A stretch of DNA of 64,000 nt from contig DLPD01000013.1 in NCBI GenBank assembly GCA_002479785.1, forward strand, positions 16,726 to 80,725. Direction: 5' to 3'. This DNA comes from Cytophagaceae bacterium UBA7467 (GTDB taxonomy: Bacteria > Bacteroidota > Bacteroidia > Cytophagales > Spirosomataceae). Both the position numbers and the translations under genes were made by a program. Shown in pieces: positions 30,313 to 40,753 of the stretch. The notes beneath the pieces were generated by a model. The model was not told where the DNA came from and did not search any database. It saw nothing but the letters and a program-made list of their open reading frames with translations. Positions within the stretch are counted from its first letter, which is position 1. The number at the start of each line of letters is the position of its first letter.

Positions 30313-31203
30313 TTATTTTTCGATTCGATAAACCAAGCCCATCGATAAGATTTGCGAGAACTGCCAGCTCGGATCTTGATCGTAATCTCTGAATAAGACG
30401 ATTTGAAGGTTTGTACTCACGTATTTGTTTACCTTCATGGTAACATTAGCATCAAAACGATGCACTATACTATTGGAGAGTGTAAGTCTGAAGTAATCAA
30501 TTAGGGCCGAATAACGCGCTTTTACATTGATATTTTCCCATACATCCTTGTCTACGTTCACTAAATATTGGAATACAAACTGGTTTCTGATATTGTCACC
30601 TGGTTTTTCTAAACCATATAAACCCGCTCTTGAGATGGCTTGATCAAAAACGAATGTTTGACGTAAACTACCTATACCTATTCGTGTGTAAAAGGATTTG
30701 TCAGGATGAAATTCTAAACCCATGGATGAAGTCAAATAGGCCGGTGCAAATATGCTCGAAACTAAAGAGTCTACAGGAATTCCTGCTTTATTTTTCTTGC
30801 CATACTCATATCCATTAAAAAATTGTGACTGAAAGTTCGTTGAACCGTAAAAGTCCCATTTAGGGCTAATTCGGTAACCTGCTTTAAATTCGTAGGCGAT
30901 ACGGTCGATGTTTTTCCGGAGACTTTGGGTTCTATTTTGGAGAAATCCTACTTGTAACGTTAGATCTGAATTAAGGCGCCACGATTCATTGGAGACATTC
31001 GCGGTATGATTTAAATACCAGCCGATCGCTAAGGTATTCGTACCCCCACCTTTCCAGTTATCGCTGAAACTTGATTGATTTAGGTTGATGCCAGAAGTCA
31101 TGACTTGCTTCCATTTCTTTGCCGTTGAATCAGCTCTAGATTCTGCGAGTGCAGGCTCTAAAGCAGTTAAAAACAACAAGATGAAAAGTAAATAAAACTT
31201 CAT
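30313..31203 (-). CDS. DUF3078-family outer-membrane beta-barrel protein
   Basis: Signal peptide; NQSSFSDNWKGGG, RKNIDR, FQSQFFNGY, FAPAY; terminal LSMGLVYR. Confidence 0.8.
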   Translation of the reverse strand: MKFYLLFILLFLTALEPALAESRADSTAKKWKQVMTSGINLNQSSFSDNWKGGGTNTLAIGWYLNHTANVSNESWRLNSDLTLQVGFLQNRTQSLRKNIDRIAYEFKAGYRISPKWDFYGSTNFQSQFFNGYEYGKKNKAGIPVDSLVSSIFAPAYLTSSMGLEFHPDKSFYTRIGIGSLRQTFVFDQAISRAGLYGLEKPGDNIRNQFVFQYLVNVDKDVWENINVKARYSALIDYFRLTLSNSIVHRFDANVTMKVNKYVSTNLQIVLFRDYDQDPSWQFSQILSMGLVYRIEK

Positions 31204-31207
31204 GTGA

Positions 31208-31215
31208 CAAAGGTA
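31208..31215 (-). promoter_or_regulatory. Bacteroidota -7 promoter element
   Basis: TACCTTTG on the minus strand, 4 nt upstream of ATG 31203. Confidence 0.55.
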
Positions 31216-31236
31216 CAAAAAACCTGAATGAATGGT

Positions 31237-32115
31237 TTATTTTCCAATAGATAAACGGATCTGCCCTGAAAAGACCTCTTTAGGAGCTAATTCAATTAAT
31301 CCATCACCCGTGTTGAAGGCATCCGTATTAGCGGTCATCGGCTCTATCGCCACAGAATGATACCCTTCTGGTTGGAATACTACCAGGAAAGGGAACTGTA
31401 AGGAGGATTGTTCTAAAATGAGAGAACGGTGGTGTTTATGGTCAATAAATTCCGTTAGATGTTTTTCCATGGCCTTTAGTCGAAAGACATGATCTACTTT
31501 TTCTTGGCTAAAAATAAATTCGGTCTGACCTTGTAGATTTTCCTCCTTCCATGGAATCATCTGCGAATCCGATAAAAAACGGCTAATAGGATGAAATTTG
31601 ATTGATAAATCAGCTGCATTTGTATCTGGAAAACTAAAATAGGGATGCCAGCCGCAGGCGAATGGCATCGGATTTGTTCCAGTGTTTTTAGCTTCAAAAG
31701 TTATTTCTAATGCTCCTTCATCGGTTAAGGTGTAGGTATATCGAAACGTAAATGGAAAAGGGTAATTAGGTTCTTCACCTTTGTAAGCGTGCTCTAAGGT
31801 AGCAGATGAGTCAGTTTGTTGTATGAGGGAAAATGGTGCTCTAGCGAGTAATCCATGGATGGCGTTGCCTAAAGCGGGTTCGTTGATGGGTAATTGGTAA
31901 TTTTTACCTTTGAAAGAATAGTTGCCATTGCGAACTCGATTCACCCAGGGAGTTAATAGGGCGCTTGGGTGGTAAGGATTACTGGCTAATGGGTGACTGT
32001 CACTTCCAGGAAGGTCGATAAGTGAAATGCCTGATAAGTGTAATTCAAGTAGGCTTGCTCCTGTTTGTGCGTCTAAAAGGAGACTATCGCCCGTTTTTAG
32101 GTTATTTAATTCCAT
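31237..32115 (-). CDS. Aldose 1-epimerase family protein
   Basis: PWVNRVRNG.Y, NAIHGL, YPFPF, GWHPYF, VAIEPMT. Confidence 0.85.
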   Translation of the reverse strand: MELNNLKTGDSLLLDAQTGASLLELHLSGISLIDLPGSDSHPLASNPYHPSALLTPWVNRVRNGNYSFKGKNYQLPINEPALGNAIHGLLARAPFSLIQQTDSSATLEHAYKGEEPNYPFPFTFRYTYTLTDEGALEITFEAKNTGTNPMPFACGWHPYFSFPDTNAADLSIKFHPISRFLSDSQMIPWKEENLQGQTEFIFSQEKVDHVFRLKAMEKHLTEFIDHKHHRSLILEQSSLQFPFLVVFQPEGYHSVAIEPMTANTDAFNTGDGLIELAPKEVFSGQIRLSIGK

Positions 32116-32888
32116 AATGTTTTTTCTTCGATGCCCACTCCATAGAGGGCGAAATCATATTTAACTGGATCGTTTGGATCTAGCTCTCGTAACGTTTCAG
32201 TGAGGGCCAAAGCCGTTTTCCAATTCGCCTTCTCTTCTTTCATTAATCCTAGATTAGCTGCCGTTCGCATCGCGTGTACATCTAAAGGGCAAACTAATTG
32301 TGCTGGTTTAATAGTGTTCCAAAGCCCAAAATCTACTCCTGCTTTATCTTTTCTGACCATCCAGCGCAAAAATAGGTTGATACGTTTACAAGCAGAGTTT
32401 TTTAAAGGAGAGGCAATATGCTTCTTCGTACGCTCTGGTGCCCATTCGGATTCGAAAAAATAATGATAGAAGCCATTTAGGCCATTTTCGACAGAAGTAT
32501 CATTTTCTTTCAAACCTTTGCAGAACGCGCTTTCGAGGGAATTATTGTTTTGATAATGCCTTTGAAAGAAATCTATAAAATATAGAGTGTCCGGGTATTG
32601 AAAAGTTCGGTGCTTGAAATGCTCGAATCGCTTTAAATCACTCGCTTGATGCCCTAGAATGAACTCATATGGAGCTCCATCCATTAAATCGATAAGCGTT
32701 TTTGCATTTTGAAGAATCGTTTTCCGCTGACCCCAGGCTAAAATGGCCACCCAAAACCCCATTATCTCCTTGTCTTGTAATCGACTAAATAGATGGGGAA
32801 TTTGAATAGGATCGTGTTCTATGAAGCGCGGATGATTGAAAAAAGCGAATTTCTCTTCTAAGATGGCCGCTATTTTTTCTGAAATCAT
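32106..32888 (-). CDS. TIGR02757 (DUF2400) family protein
   Basis: DPIQIPH, AWGQR, FKHRTF, SACKRINLFLRWMVR, DFGLW, PLDVH, DPVKYDFAL. Confidence 0.88.
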   Translation of the reverse strand: MISEKIAAILEEKFAFFNHPRFIEHDPIQIPHLFSRLQDKEIMGFWVAILAWGQRKTILQNAKTLIDLMDGAPYEFILGHQASDLKRFEHFKHRTFQYPDTLYFIDFFQRHYQNNNSLESAFCKGLKENDTSVENGLNGFYHYFFESEWAPERTKKHIASPLKNSACKRINLFLRWMVRKDKAGVDFGLWNTIKPAQLVCPLDVHAMRTAANLGLMKEEKANWKTALALTETLRELDPNDPVKYDFALYGVGIEEKTLWN

Positions 32889-33046
32889 TTTCGACTAAAT
32901 AGGGCAACTACCCTGGAGGGAAGGGAAAAAATCCAAACCAAAACCGTTACTGCCATGGAGAATGCTGCAATAAAAGGGTAGGATAGAATAAAGAATATTT
33001 CAAATACCACATGGCCAGCGGTGATAGGCCTCTTTCTCTTGTTCAT
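32885..33046 (-). CDS. Small membrane protein, 53 aa (absent from ORF track)
   Basis: Manual translation MNKRKRPITAGHVVFEIFFILSYPFIAAFSMAVTVLVWIFSLPSRVVALFSRK; ATG 2 nt after upstream stop; ATGA overlap with next gene. Confidence 0.7.
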   Translation of the reverse strand: MNKRKRPITAGHVVFEIFFILSYPFIAAFSMAVTVLVWIFSLPSRVVALFSRK

Positions 33047-33048
33047 AT

Positions 33049-33909
33049 TTATTGGAGTAAATAAGAGATTTCAGCTCTAACGCGCTTATCCACAGCATTT
33101 AATTTCTCAAAAGCTTTAGGAGAAAGTTTGATGATTACTTTGTTATCACCATTAGGTAAACGTCCGATTACTTTCACCCAAATACTTTGGTTATTGGTTA
33201 GATTCTTCACTAAAACCAACGTTCCGATAGGGGCCGTGCGGTGTAGGGCTAAGAATTTTCCGGAATTATCTGGTACATCAATTAGTTCTGCAATTCCAGT
33301 TTCAATCTTCTTTTTAATGTCCTCTGGGCCTTTTTCTTTCGCGGGAGCAATTACGGCCTCTGTAGGTACTGGTGCAGCGGGTGTTGCCGCTTTAGCTGGT
33401 AATAAATTGCTTTTATCTACCGCAATAGTGGATGCGGATGCAGCAGGATCTGAAACGATTAGGCGTTGTCCTTCTTGCAAGCGATCAGAAGTTAAATTGT
33501 TCCATTTGCGCAATTCGGCCATGGTCACTTTGTGCATATTCGCTACTGAAAGTAATCCTTGTTTAGGGGCTACGATGTGAATTTTTGTTTCTTTAGGCGA
33601 TTCTGGTGCTTTCTCTTCCACTATTTTAGGGGCTGGATTGCTTTCCTCTAAATAATGCAAAGGAATATAAACGATTTCGCCTGTTTTTACTGGAATTTGA
33701 ATATCAACATTTGCCGATTTGAATTCGCTTAAGGATAAATTATAGCGCTTTAGGATTGAAAATAGGGATTGTTTGGGACCTACTTTGAATAATAAAAAGG
33801 TCTTATTGTTCTCCTTTTTTAAACCCAATGAATCAAGAGTACTTGCCTTTGTCGTTAGCTGAAGCGCGCATAAAAAGGCGATGAATAGGGTTAGTTTATA
33901 ATTTTTCAT
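33049..33909 (-). CDS. LysM peptidoglycan-binding protein with C-terminal RlpA-like DPBB domain
   Basis: Signal peptide; two LysM repeats (QSLFSILKRYN, HIVAPKQGLLSVA...WNNL); ALHRTAPIGTLVLVKN. Confidence 0.8.
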   Translation of the reverse strand: MKNYKLTLFIAFLCALQLTTKASTLDSLGLKKENNKTFLLFKVGPKQSLFSILKRYNLSLSEFKSANVDIQIPVKTGEIVYIPLHYLEESNPAPKIVEEKAPESPKETKIHIVAPKQGLLSVANMHKVTMAELRKWNNLTSDRLQEGQRLIVSDPAASASTIAVDKSNLLPAKAATPAAPVPTEAVIAPAKEKGPEDIKKKIETGIAELIDVPDNSGKFLALHRTAPIGTLVLVKNLTNNQSIWVKVIGRLPNGDNKVIIKLSPKAFEKLNAVDKRVRAEISYLLQ

Positions 33910-34555
33910 AAATCTTCAATTTCAGTTTATCCTTTACAAAAATCAATTGTCCATTGAGAAGTGTAAAGGTTTGGTATCCGATGGTCTCTCCTTCCGCGAT
34001 CTGTTCTAACAGTATCGTTTCAAAGGCTAAATTACACACTCGAAGGTAGTTTTTCCAGCCATTATCGTAAAGATAATAAGAAAATAATAGCTTATCCTCA
34101 CCTTCCAAATAATCTATGCCTTTCGCGATCTTTTCATTGAATTGCTGTAGAAAGAAGCTCTTGAAATCCTTGAAATAGTCCTGGCTTTCCTCGTAATGTT
34201 GAGGAACTTGAAATGAAAAAATACTTTCTGGGTTAATTAGCCTGGGTTTTTCTTCTTTTAGCAATTGCAGTGGTTCCAAAGAATACGTTTGTATAGACTC
34301 AATGCCCGGATTTTTCGATTGCTGTAATTTAATGAAGATTGCCTCTTTTTCCGAACCTTGTACAAAGTTCAATTGGGCATAATCAGAGGGAGCCTTTCCT
34401 AAAAAAGTAAGCTCTTTGGTCAATAAATCAACTGAATGCCAAAAAGCCTCATTCGACCCCCTCGTTTCCACCCACAATTGAGGCTTTTCTGGTTTTCCCC
34501 AGAAGCGGATACTCCAAATTGGTTCAGTAAAGGAATGTTCGAAAAATGCAGGCAA
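33896..34555 (-). CDS. Conserved protein, DUF4905-like
   Basis: IW...LWVETR, P.HY.E, IDYLE...FSYY, TF...LIFVKDK patterns; TTG start; overlaps next gene. Confidence 0.55.
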   Translation of the reverse strand: MPAFFEHSFTEPIWSIRFWGKPEKPQLWVETRGSNEAFWHSVDLLTKELTFLGKAPSDYAQLNFVQGSEKEAIFIKLQQSKNPGIESIQTYSLEPLQLLKEEKPRLINPESIFSFQVPQHYEESQDYFKDFKSFFLQQFNEKIAKGIDYLEGEDKLLFSYYLYDNGWKNYLRVCNLAFETILLEQIAEGETIGYQTFTLLNGQLIFVKDKLKLKIYEKL

Positions 34556-34619
34556 AGGGTCGAATGTTTGGAAATTATGTGCAAATTTGGCAAAAATCTA
34601 CCGAAAATACGTAAATAAT

Positions 34620-35372
34620 ATGATGCATGGCAAAAAGGTGGTCGCTATTATTCCGGCTCGATTCGCCTCCACTCGCTTTCCCGGGAAACCCCTTGTTGAT
34701 CTAGGTGGGAAATCCATGATTCAACGGACTTACGAACAAGTAAAGGCAGTTGGAGGCTTTGATCGTATCGTGATTGCGACGGATGATCAACGTATTTTTG
34801 ATGCTAGTGTGTCTTTCGGAGCTGAGGTAATGATGACGGCAGAAACGCATTTGACGGGAACCGATCGATGTGCTGAAGTATTAAGTCGTTTAGGTGAAAC
34901 GGTTGATTATGTGGTGAATATTCAAGGGGATGAACCATTTATTGATCCGGAACAATTAAAGGAAGTGGCAGCAGGATTTTCGTCGGGCGCGCCCATATTA
35001 ACCCTCATTAAAAAGATTACAGACGTAGAAACCCTTTTTAATACGAACACACCTAAAGTGATTAGCGACGAGGAGGGACACGCGCTTTATTTTTCACGCC
35101 AAACCATTCCTTTTTTAAGAGGGGTTCAGCCTTCCGAATGGTTAGGCAAGCATACATTTTTCAAACACATTGGTTTATACGCTTATCGGGCTGATATTTT
35201 GCCTGGTTTAAGTGCCCTAAAACCTACTTCTTTAGAGTTAGCCGAATCCCTGGAGCAGTTGCGTTGGATTCAAAATGGGATTCGAATCAAAGCCATCGAA
35301 ACGCAATTTGAAACGATAGGAATTGATTCCCCGGAAGATCTCGAAAAAATTCAAAAAATGGGCCTCATTTAG
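34620..35372 (+). CDS. kdsB: 3-deoxy-manno-octulosonate cytidylyltransferase
   Basis: IIPARFASTRFPGKPL, GTDR, NIQGDEP, ALYFSR, HIGLYAY, ESLEQLRW. Confidence 0.95.
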   Translation: MMHGKKVVAIIPARFASTRFPGKPLVDLGGKSMIQRTYEQVKAVGGFDRIVIATDDQRIFDASVSFGAEVMMTAETHLTGTDRCAEVLSRLGETVDYVVNIQGDEPFIDPEQLKEVAAGFSSGAPILTLIKKITDVETLFNTNTPKVISDEEGHALYFSRQTIPFLRGVQPSEWLGKHTFFKHIGLYAYRADILPGLSALKPTSLELAESLEQLRWIQNGIRIKAIETQFETIGIDSPEDLEKIQKMGLI

Positions 35373-35384
35373 GCTGAAAAGCGG

Positions 35385-35392
35385 TATATTTG
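35385..35392 (+). promoter_or_regulatory. Bacteroidota -7 promoter element upstream of metH
   Basis: TATATTTG matches TAnnTTTG, 44 nt before ATG. Confidence 0.5.
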
Positions 35393-35436
35393 CTAGATTT
35401 TTGGCATAAACATCTGTCAAGAACTCGATTTTATTT

Positions 35437-38400
35437 ATGCAAAGACCACCTATCAAAGACGTATTGCGCGAAAAGATTTTAATTCTGGACGGTGCAATGG
35501 GTTCTTTAATTCAACAATACAATTTAACGGATGCTGATTACCGCGGCGAGCGCTTCAAAAATTTCCCTCACGAAGTAAAGGGAAACAATGATTTGTTGTC
35601 CATCACGCGTCCGGATGTAATTAAGGAAATTCACGCTAAATACTTCACTGCAGGAGCTGATATTGCCGAAACGAATACCTTCTCTGGGACTTCCATTGCG
35701 ATGGCAGATTACCACATGGAGGATTTGGTATATGAATTGAACTTCGAATCAGCTAAAATTGCCCGCGAAGTAGCTGATGAATTTACAGCCAAAGATCCCT
35801 CAAAACCACGTTACGTAGCTGGTTCTATTGGACCGACAAACCGTACCCTGTCGCTTTCCCCAGATGTCAATGATCCGGGTTTTAGAGCGGTCACTTTCGA
35901 TGAATTAGTAGAAGCTTACACGGAACAAATACGTGGTTTAGTGGATGGGGGAGCTGATTTGCTCTTAGTGGAAACCATTTTTGACACGTTGAATGCGAAG
36001 GCAGCTTTGTTTGCCATTGATCAATTTTTTAAACAAAATCCATCCAAGCCTTATTTGCCGGTGATGGTCTCTGGAACGATTACAGATGCCTCAGGGCGTA
36101 CATTATCTGGCCAAACAACGGAAGCCTTCTTGACTTCTGTTTCACATATGCCTCTACTTTCCGTGGGCTTAAACTGCGCTTTAGGTGCAGATTTAATGCG
36201 TCCTTACGTGAAGACTTTGAACGATAAATCCCCATTCTTAGTTTCTGCTCACCCGAATGCGGGCTTGCCGAACGAAATGGGTGAATACGATCAGTCGCCC
36301 GCTGAAATGGCTGTGATTATTGATGATTTCTTAGCGAATGGCTTCCTTAACATCATTGGAGGCTGTTGTGGAACGACACCAGCGCACATTCAAGCAATTG
36401 CGGAAGTGGCTGCGAAGCATAAGCCACACGTGATTCCAGTTGAAAATGCAAACCAAAAGTTGTCGGGTCTTGAGCCTTTGGAGATTACAGAATTAACGAA
36501 TTTCGTGAACGTAGGGGAGCGTTGCAATGTGACCGGTTCTAAGAAATTTGCCCGTTTAATTCGGGAGGAGAAATTCGAGGAAGCGATTGCCGTGGCACGT
36601 GAACAGGTAGACGGAGGTGCTCAAATTTTGGACATCAATATGGATGAGGGAATGATTGATGGCGTGAAAATGATGCCTCAATTCCTGAATTTATTGATGG
36701 CAGAGCCTGATATCGCTCGTTTACCGATCATGATTGACTCCTCGAAATGGGAAGTGATCGAAGCTGGTCTAAAATGCGTACAAGGTAAATCGGTAGTTAA
36801 CTCGATCTCTTTGAAAGAAGGGGAGGATAAATTCATCGAATCCGCGAATAAAGTGAAAATGTACGGTGCTTCTGTGGTCGTAATGGCCTTTGATGAAGCC
36901 GGTCAAGCCGATTCGTATGAACGTCGGATTGAAATTTGTAAAAGAGCGTATGGTATTTTAGTCGATAAGGTAGGTTTCCCAGCGCAGGATATCATTTTTG
37001 ATCCTAATATTTTAACGGTAGCGACTGGAATTGAGGAGCATAACAACTATGCTGTTGATTTCATCAAGGCTACGAAATGGATAAAAGAAAACCTACCTCA
37101 TGCGAAAGTCTCGGGGGGTGTTTCAAATATTTCTTTCTCTTTCCGAGGAAATGAGGTAGTCCGCGAGGCGATGCACACCGTTTTCTTATACCATGCCATC
37201 AAGGCTGGTATGGATATGGGAATTGTAAACGCCAGTCAATTAGGTGTTTATGATGATATCGATGTAACATTACGTGATTTATGCGAGGATGTGCTACTAA
37301 ATCGCCATCCAGAAGCGACGGAGAAATTGGTCACTTATGCAGAAACGGTTAAATCGGCAGGTAAAGAGCAAGTTGTGGATGATGCCTGGAGAAAAGAACC
37401 CGTTAATAAGCGTTTAGAGCATGCATTGATTAAAGGTTTGACAGAATTCATCGATGAAGATGTAGAGGAAGCTCGTCAATTAGTAGATCGTCCGATTGAG
37501 GTGATTGAAGGACCATTAATGGACGGTATGAATGTGGTGGGAGATTTATTTGGTGAAGGAAAAATGTTCTTGCCACAGGTAGTCAAGTCTGCACGGGTGA
37601 TGAAAAAGGCGGTAGCTTATTTATTGCCGTTTATAGAGGCAGAAAAGAAAGGTGGGGAAAGCTCATCTGCAGGAAAAATTTTGATGGCAACGGTAAAAGG
37701 TGATGTGCACGATATTGGAAAGAATATTGTGGGCGTGGTTTTAGCTTGCAATAACTATGAGGTGATTGATATCGGCGTGATGGTACCTTGCGATAAGATC
37801 CTAGCGGCGGCAAAGGAGCATAACGTAGATATCATCGGTTTGTCCGGTTTGATTACGCCGTCTTTAGACGAGATGGTGTATGTGGCCAAAGAAATGGAAC
37901 GTCTTGGTTTTAAAGTCCCTTTATTGATCGGTGGAGCTACTACATCGCGTATTCATACGGCCGTAAAAATTGACCCACACTATTCAGGACCGGTGATTCA
38001 CGTATTGGATGCGTCCCGTTCCGTGCCGGTGGCAGGTCGTTTATTACAAAGTGAATTGACGTCTCAAGATATCTTTAATGAGATTAAAACAGAATACGCA
38101 GAGTTAAGAACGGCACACGCCGCTCGTCAGCAAGAGAAAAATTACTTGTCGATTGATCAAGCGCGAGCTAAACCAAGCGGAATTGATTGGACTGGATTTA
38201 AAGCGAAAAAGCCGTCGTTCTTAGGGGTGAAGTATTTTGAGGATTATTCTTTGGAAGAAATTGCGAAATACATTGATTGGACCCCATTCTTCTCAACTTG
38301 GCAATTATCGGGCAAGTACCCACGCATTTTTGATAATGAGGTGGTGGGGAAAGAGGCGAAGAAATTATTCGATGATGCGCAGGCCTTATTGAAAGAAATT

Positions 38401-39195
38401 ATAGCGAATAAATCGCTGCAGGCGAAGGCTGCGCTAGGTTTCTTCCCAGCGAATTCGCTTGGAGATGACATTATCTTGCATGATTATGTAGAGAAAGCCC
38501 TAGAAGTAGCTTGCGAAAAACACGGTTACCATAAAGAGATTTCTTATGACATTAAACGCAAAGATGAATCCTCTGATAAGAGTCAGTGGCTGCATCATTT
38601 AAGGCAACAAGGTCAAAAAGCGAGTACACTTCCGAACCGTTGTTTAAGTGATTTTATTGCTCCATTAAACTCGGGTGAGACGGATTATATCGGTGCTTTT
38701 GCGGTGACCACTGGTCTAGGAATCGAAGCGCTTCTAGATAAATATGAAAAAGAACATGATGACTATAACTCGATTATGGTCAAGGCTCTAGCGGATCGTT
38801 TAGCTGAAGCATTCGCTGAATTATTGCATGAGCGTGTGCGTAAGGAATTCTGGGGTTATGCGGCTGATGAGGCGCTGAGCAACGAAGACTTGATTTCGGA
38901 GAAATACCAAGGTATTCGTCCAGCACCGGGTTATCCGGCTTGTCCAGATCATACGGAGAAGAAGCGTTTGTTTGAATTATTGGATGCGGAAAAGCAAATT
39001 GGAATTCAATTAACGGAGAGTTATGCGATGTATCCGGCTTCTGCAGTGTCTGGATTCTATTTCTCTCATCCGGAGAGTACGTATTTCGGTTTAGGAAAGA
39101 TAGCTAAAGACCAAGTGACTGATTATGCGAAACGCAAAGGCATGTCCTTAGACGACATAGAAAGATGGTTAAGCCCTGTATTGAATTATGACTAA
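35437..39195 (+). CDS. metH: Cobalamin-dependent methionine synthase
   Basis: LDGAMG, NCALG, GGCCGT, pterin domain, DVHDIGKN B12-binding motif, [12 protein letters not shown] activation domain. Confidence 0.97.
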   Translation: MQRPPIKDVLREKILILDGAMGSLIQQYNLTDADYRGERFKNFPHEVKGNNDLLSITRPDVIKEIHAKYFTAGADIAETNTFSGTSIAMADYHMEDLVYELNFESAKIAREVADEFTAKDPSKPRYVAGSIGPTNRTLSLSPDVNDPGFRAVTFDELVEAYTEQIRGLVDGGADLLLVETIFDTLNAKAALFAIDQFFKQNPSKPYLPVMVSGTITDASGRTLSGQTTEAFLTSVSHMPLLSVGLNCALGADLMRPYVKTLNDKSPFLVSAHPNAGLPNEMGEYDQSPAEMAVIIDDFLANGFLNIIGGCCGTTPAHIQAIAEVAAKHKPHVIPVENANQKLSGLEPLEITELTNFVNVGERCNVTGSKKFARLIREEKFEEAIAVAREQVDGGAQILDINMDEGMIDGVKMMPQFLNLLMAEPDIARLPIMIDSSKWEVIEAGLKCVQGKSVVNSISLKEGEDKFIESANKVKMYGASVVVMAFDEAGQADSYERRIEICKRAYGILVDKVGFPAQDIIFDPNILTVATGIEEHNNYAVDFIKATKWIKENLPHAKVSGGVSNISFSFRGNEVVREAMHTVFLYHAIKAGMDMGIVNASQLGVYDDIDVTLRDLCEDVLLNRHPEATEKLVTYAETVKSAGKEQVVDDAWRKEPVNKRLEHALIKGLTEFIDEDVEEARQLVDRPIEVIEGPLMDGMNVVGDLFGEGKMFLPQVVKSARVMKKAVAYLLPFIEAEKKGGESSSAGKILMATVKGDVHDIGKNIVGVVLACNNYEVIDIGVMVPCDKILAAAKEHNVDIIGLSGLITPSLDEMVYVAKEMERLGFKVPLLIGGATTSRIHTAVKIDPHYSGPVIHVLDASRSVPVAGRLLQSELTSQDIFNEIKTEYAELRTAHAARQQEKNYLSIDQARAKPSGIDWTGFKAKKPSFLGVKYFEDYSLEEIAKYIDWTPFFSTWQLSGKYPRIFDNEVVGKEAKKLFDDAQALLKEIIANKSLQAKAALGFFPANSLGDDIILHDYVEKALEVACEKHGYHKEISYDIKRKDESSDKSQWLHHLRQQGQKASTLPNRCLSDFIAPLNSGETDYIGAFAVTTGLGIEALLDKYEKEHDDYNSIMVKALADRLAEAFAELLHERVRKEFWGYAADEALSNEDLISEKYQGIRPAPGYPACPDHTEKKRLFELLDAEKQIGIQLTESYAMYPASAVSGFYFSHPESTYFGLGKIAKDQVTDYAKRKGMSLDDIERWLSPVLNYD

Positions 39196-40141
39196 GATTA
39201 CCAAATACTTTGAAGAAGCGGCGGGAAAAACCCTTTTCTCGATCGAGATTATTCCACCGATGAAGGGACAACATTTGGGCGAATTAATGTCGCACATTGA
39301 GCCATTGATGGAATTTAAGCCGCCCTTTATTGAGGTGACTTATCACCGCGAAGAATATGTCGAGAAAGTGGTAGATGGCGTTACAAAGCGCATCCCTATT
39401 CGCAAGCGTCCAGGTACTTTGGGTATATGTGCGTCCATCATGCAGCGTTTTCAGATCGAGGCTGTACCCCACGTAATTTGCGGCGGGTTTACCAAAGAGG
39501 AAACGGAAGACTTCTTAATCGATCTTCATTATTTAGGTATCGAGAATGCTCTTTTATTGCGTGGTGATCAAGAGAAAGGCGAAACTCATTTTGTTCCCAA
39601 GCCCGGTGGTCACGCCTATGCGAACGAATTAGTGGAGCAAGTGGCGGCCATGAATAAAGGTATTTTATTGCATGAGGAAACAGAATCTCTACCTACGAAT
39701 TTTTGTATTGGTGTAGCTGGTTATCCGGAGAAACACATTGACGCAGTTTCATTTGAAGAAGACTTGCGCTATTTAAAGCAAAAAGTAGAAGCAGGTGCAG
39801 ATTACATTGTGACTCAAATGTTCTTTGATAATGCCAAGTATTTTGATTTTGTTCAAAAATGCCGTGAAATGGGTATCACAGTACCCATTATTCCAGGTTT
39901 AAAACCTTTAGCGACTGAACGTCAATTGGATATTTTGCCGGAGATTTTTCATTTAGAGATCCCTTCAGACTTTGTGGCAGAAGCCCGTAAATGCGCTAAT
40001 AATGCGGCTATTAAGCAATTAGGCATTGAGTGGGCGGTACAACAAGGGAAGGAATTAATGCAGGCGGGTGTGCCTGCTTTACACTTCTATACGATGAGTA
40101 AATCAGATAGTGTCCGAGCTATCGCTGAAAAACTATTCTAA
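39188..40141 (+). CDS. metF: Methylenetetrahydrofolate reductase
   Basis: [39 protein letters not shown]. Confidence 0.93.
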   Translation: MTKITKYFEEAAGKTLFSIEIIPPMKGQHLGELMSHIEPLMEFKPPFIEVTYHREEYVEKVVDGVTKRIPIRKRPGTLGICASIMQRFQIEAVPHVICGGFTKEETEDFLIDLHYLGIENALLLRGDQEKGETHFVPKPGGHAYANELVEQVAAMNKGILLHEETESLPTNFCIGVAGYPEKHIDAVSFEEDLRYLKQKVEAGADYIVTQMFFDNAKYFDFVQKCREMGITVPIIPGLKPLATERQLDILPEIFHLEIPSDFVAEARKCANNAAIKQLGIEWAVQQGKELMQAGVPALHFYTMSKSDSVRAIAEKLF

Positions 40142-40497
40142 TGAAAGTTTTGGTCTATGGTGCGAGTACAAATCCAAGTCGATATGCTTATATCGCGACG
40201 GAATTGCTTTTGCAGCATGGCCATGATGTTTCTTTGGTTGGAATTAAAAAAGGGGAGGTGTTTGGCTTACCAATTCAACAGGATCAACCTTTGCTGGAAG
40301 AGATCGATACGGTGACTCTATATGTAGGTCCTGCGAATCAGGAAGGACTTTTTAATTACCTTTCATCTTTATCGCCTAGAAGGGTTATTTTTAATCCAGG
40401 CACTGAAAATCCTGAGCTCGAAAGGGCATTAGAAAAATTGGGAATTCAAACAGAAGAGGCCTGCACGCTGGTATTATTGCACACAGGCCAGTTTTAG
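40141..40497 (+). CDS. CoA-binding protein
   Basis: VLVYGASTNPSRYA, DTVTLYV, RVIFNPGTEN, ACTLVLL. Confidence 0.85.
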   Translation: MKVLVYGASTNPSRYAYIATELLLQHGHDVSLVGIKKGEVFGLPIQQDQPLLEEIDTVTLYVGPANQEGLFNYLSSLSPRRVIFNPGTENPELERALEKLGIQTEEACTLVLLHTGQF

Positions 40498-40501
40498 TGG
40501 C

Positions 40502-40753
40502 TTATTGAGCTGTTAACGTAAACTCAAATTCCTCCATAATCAAGTTTGCTAGCAATTTCTTGCAGGCGTTAGTTACCACCTCATTTGCTTCAGCTTCAGA
40601 AGCTGCATCCACGGTTAATGTGATGTGCTTGCCTATACGAACGCCTGCCACTTGGTTGATACCTAAGTTTTGTAAGCCAATAAGTACCGCTTTTCCCTGA
40701 GGATCAAGGATTTCTTTTTGTGGCATTACGTTGATTTCAGCTAAGAATTTCAT
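40502..40753 (-). CDS. purS: Phosphoribosylformylglycinamidine synthase subunit PurS
   Basis: ILDPQGKAV, VRIGK, CKKLLAN..ME. Confidence 0.93.
   Translation of the reverse strand: MKFLAEINVMPQKEILDPQGKAVLIGLQNLGINQVAGVRIGKHITLTVDAASEAEANEVVTNACKKLLANLIMEEFEFTLTAQ

Noticed and set aside
35373-35436. SAM or cobalamin riboswitch upstream of metH
   Set aside because: The spacer is only 64 nt, contains the promoter box and shows no aptamer motifs
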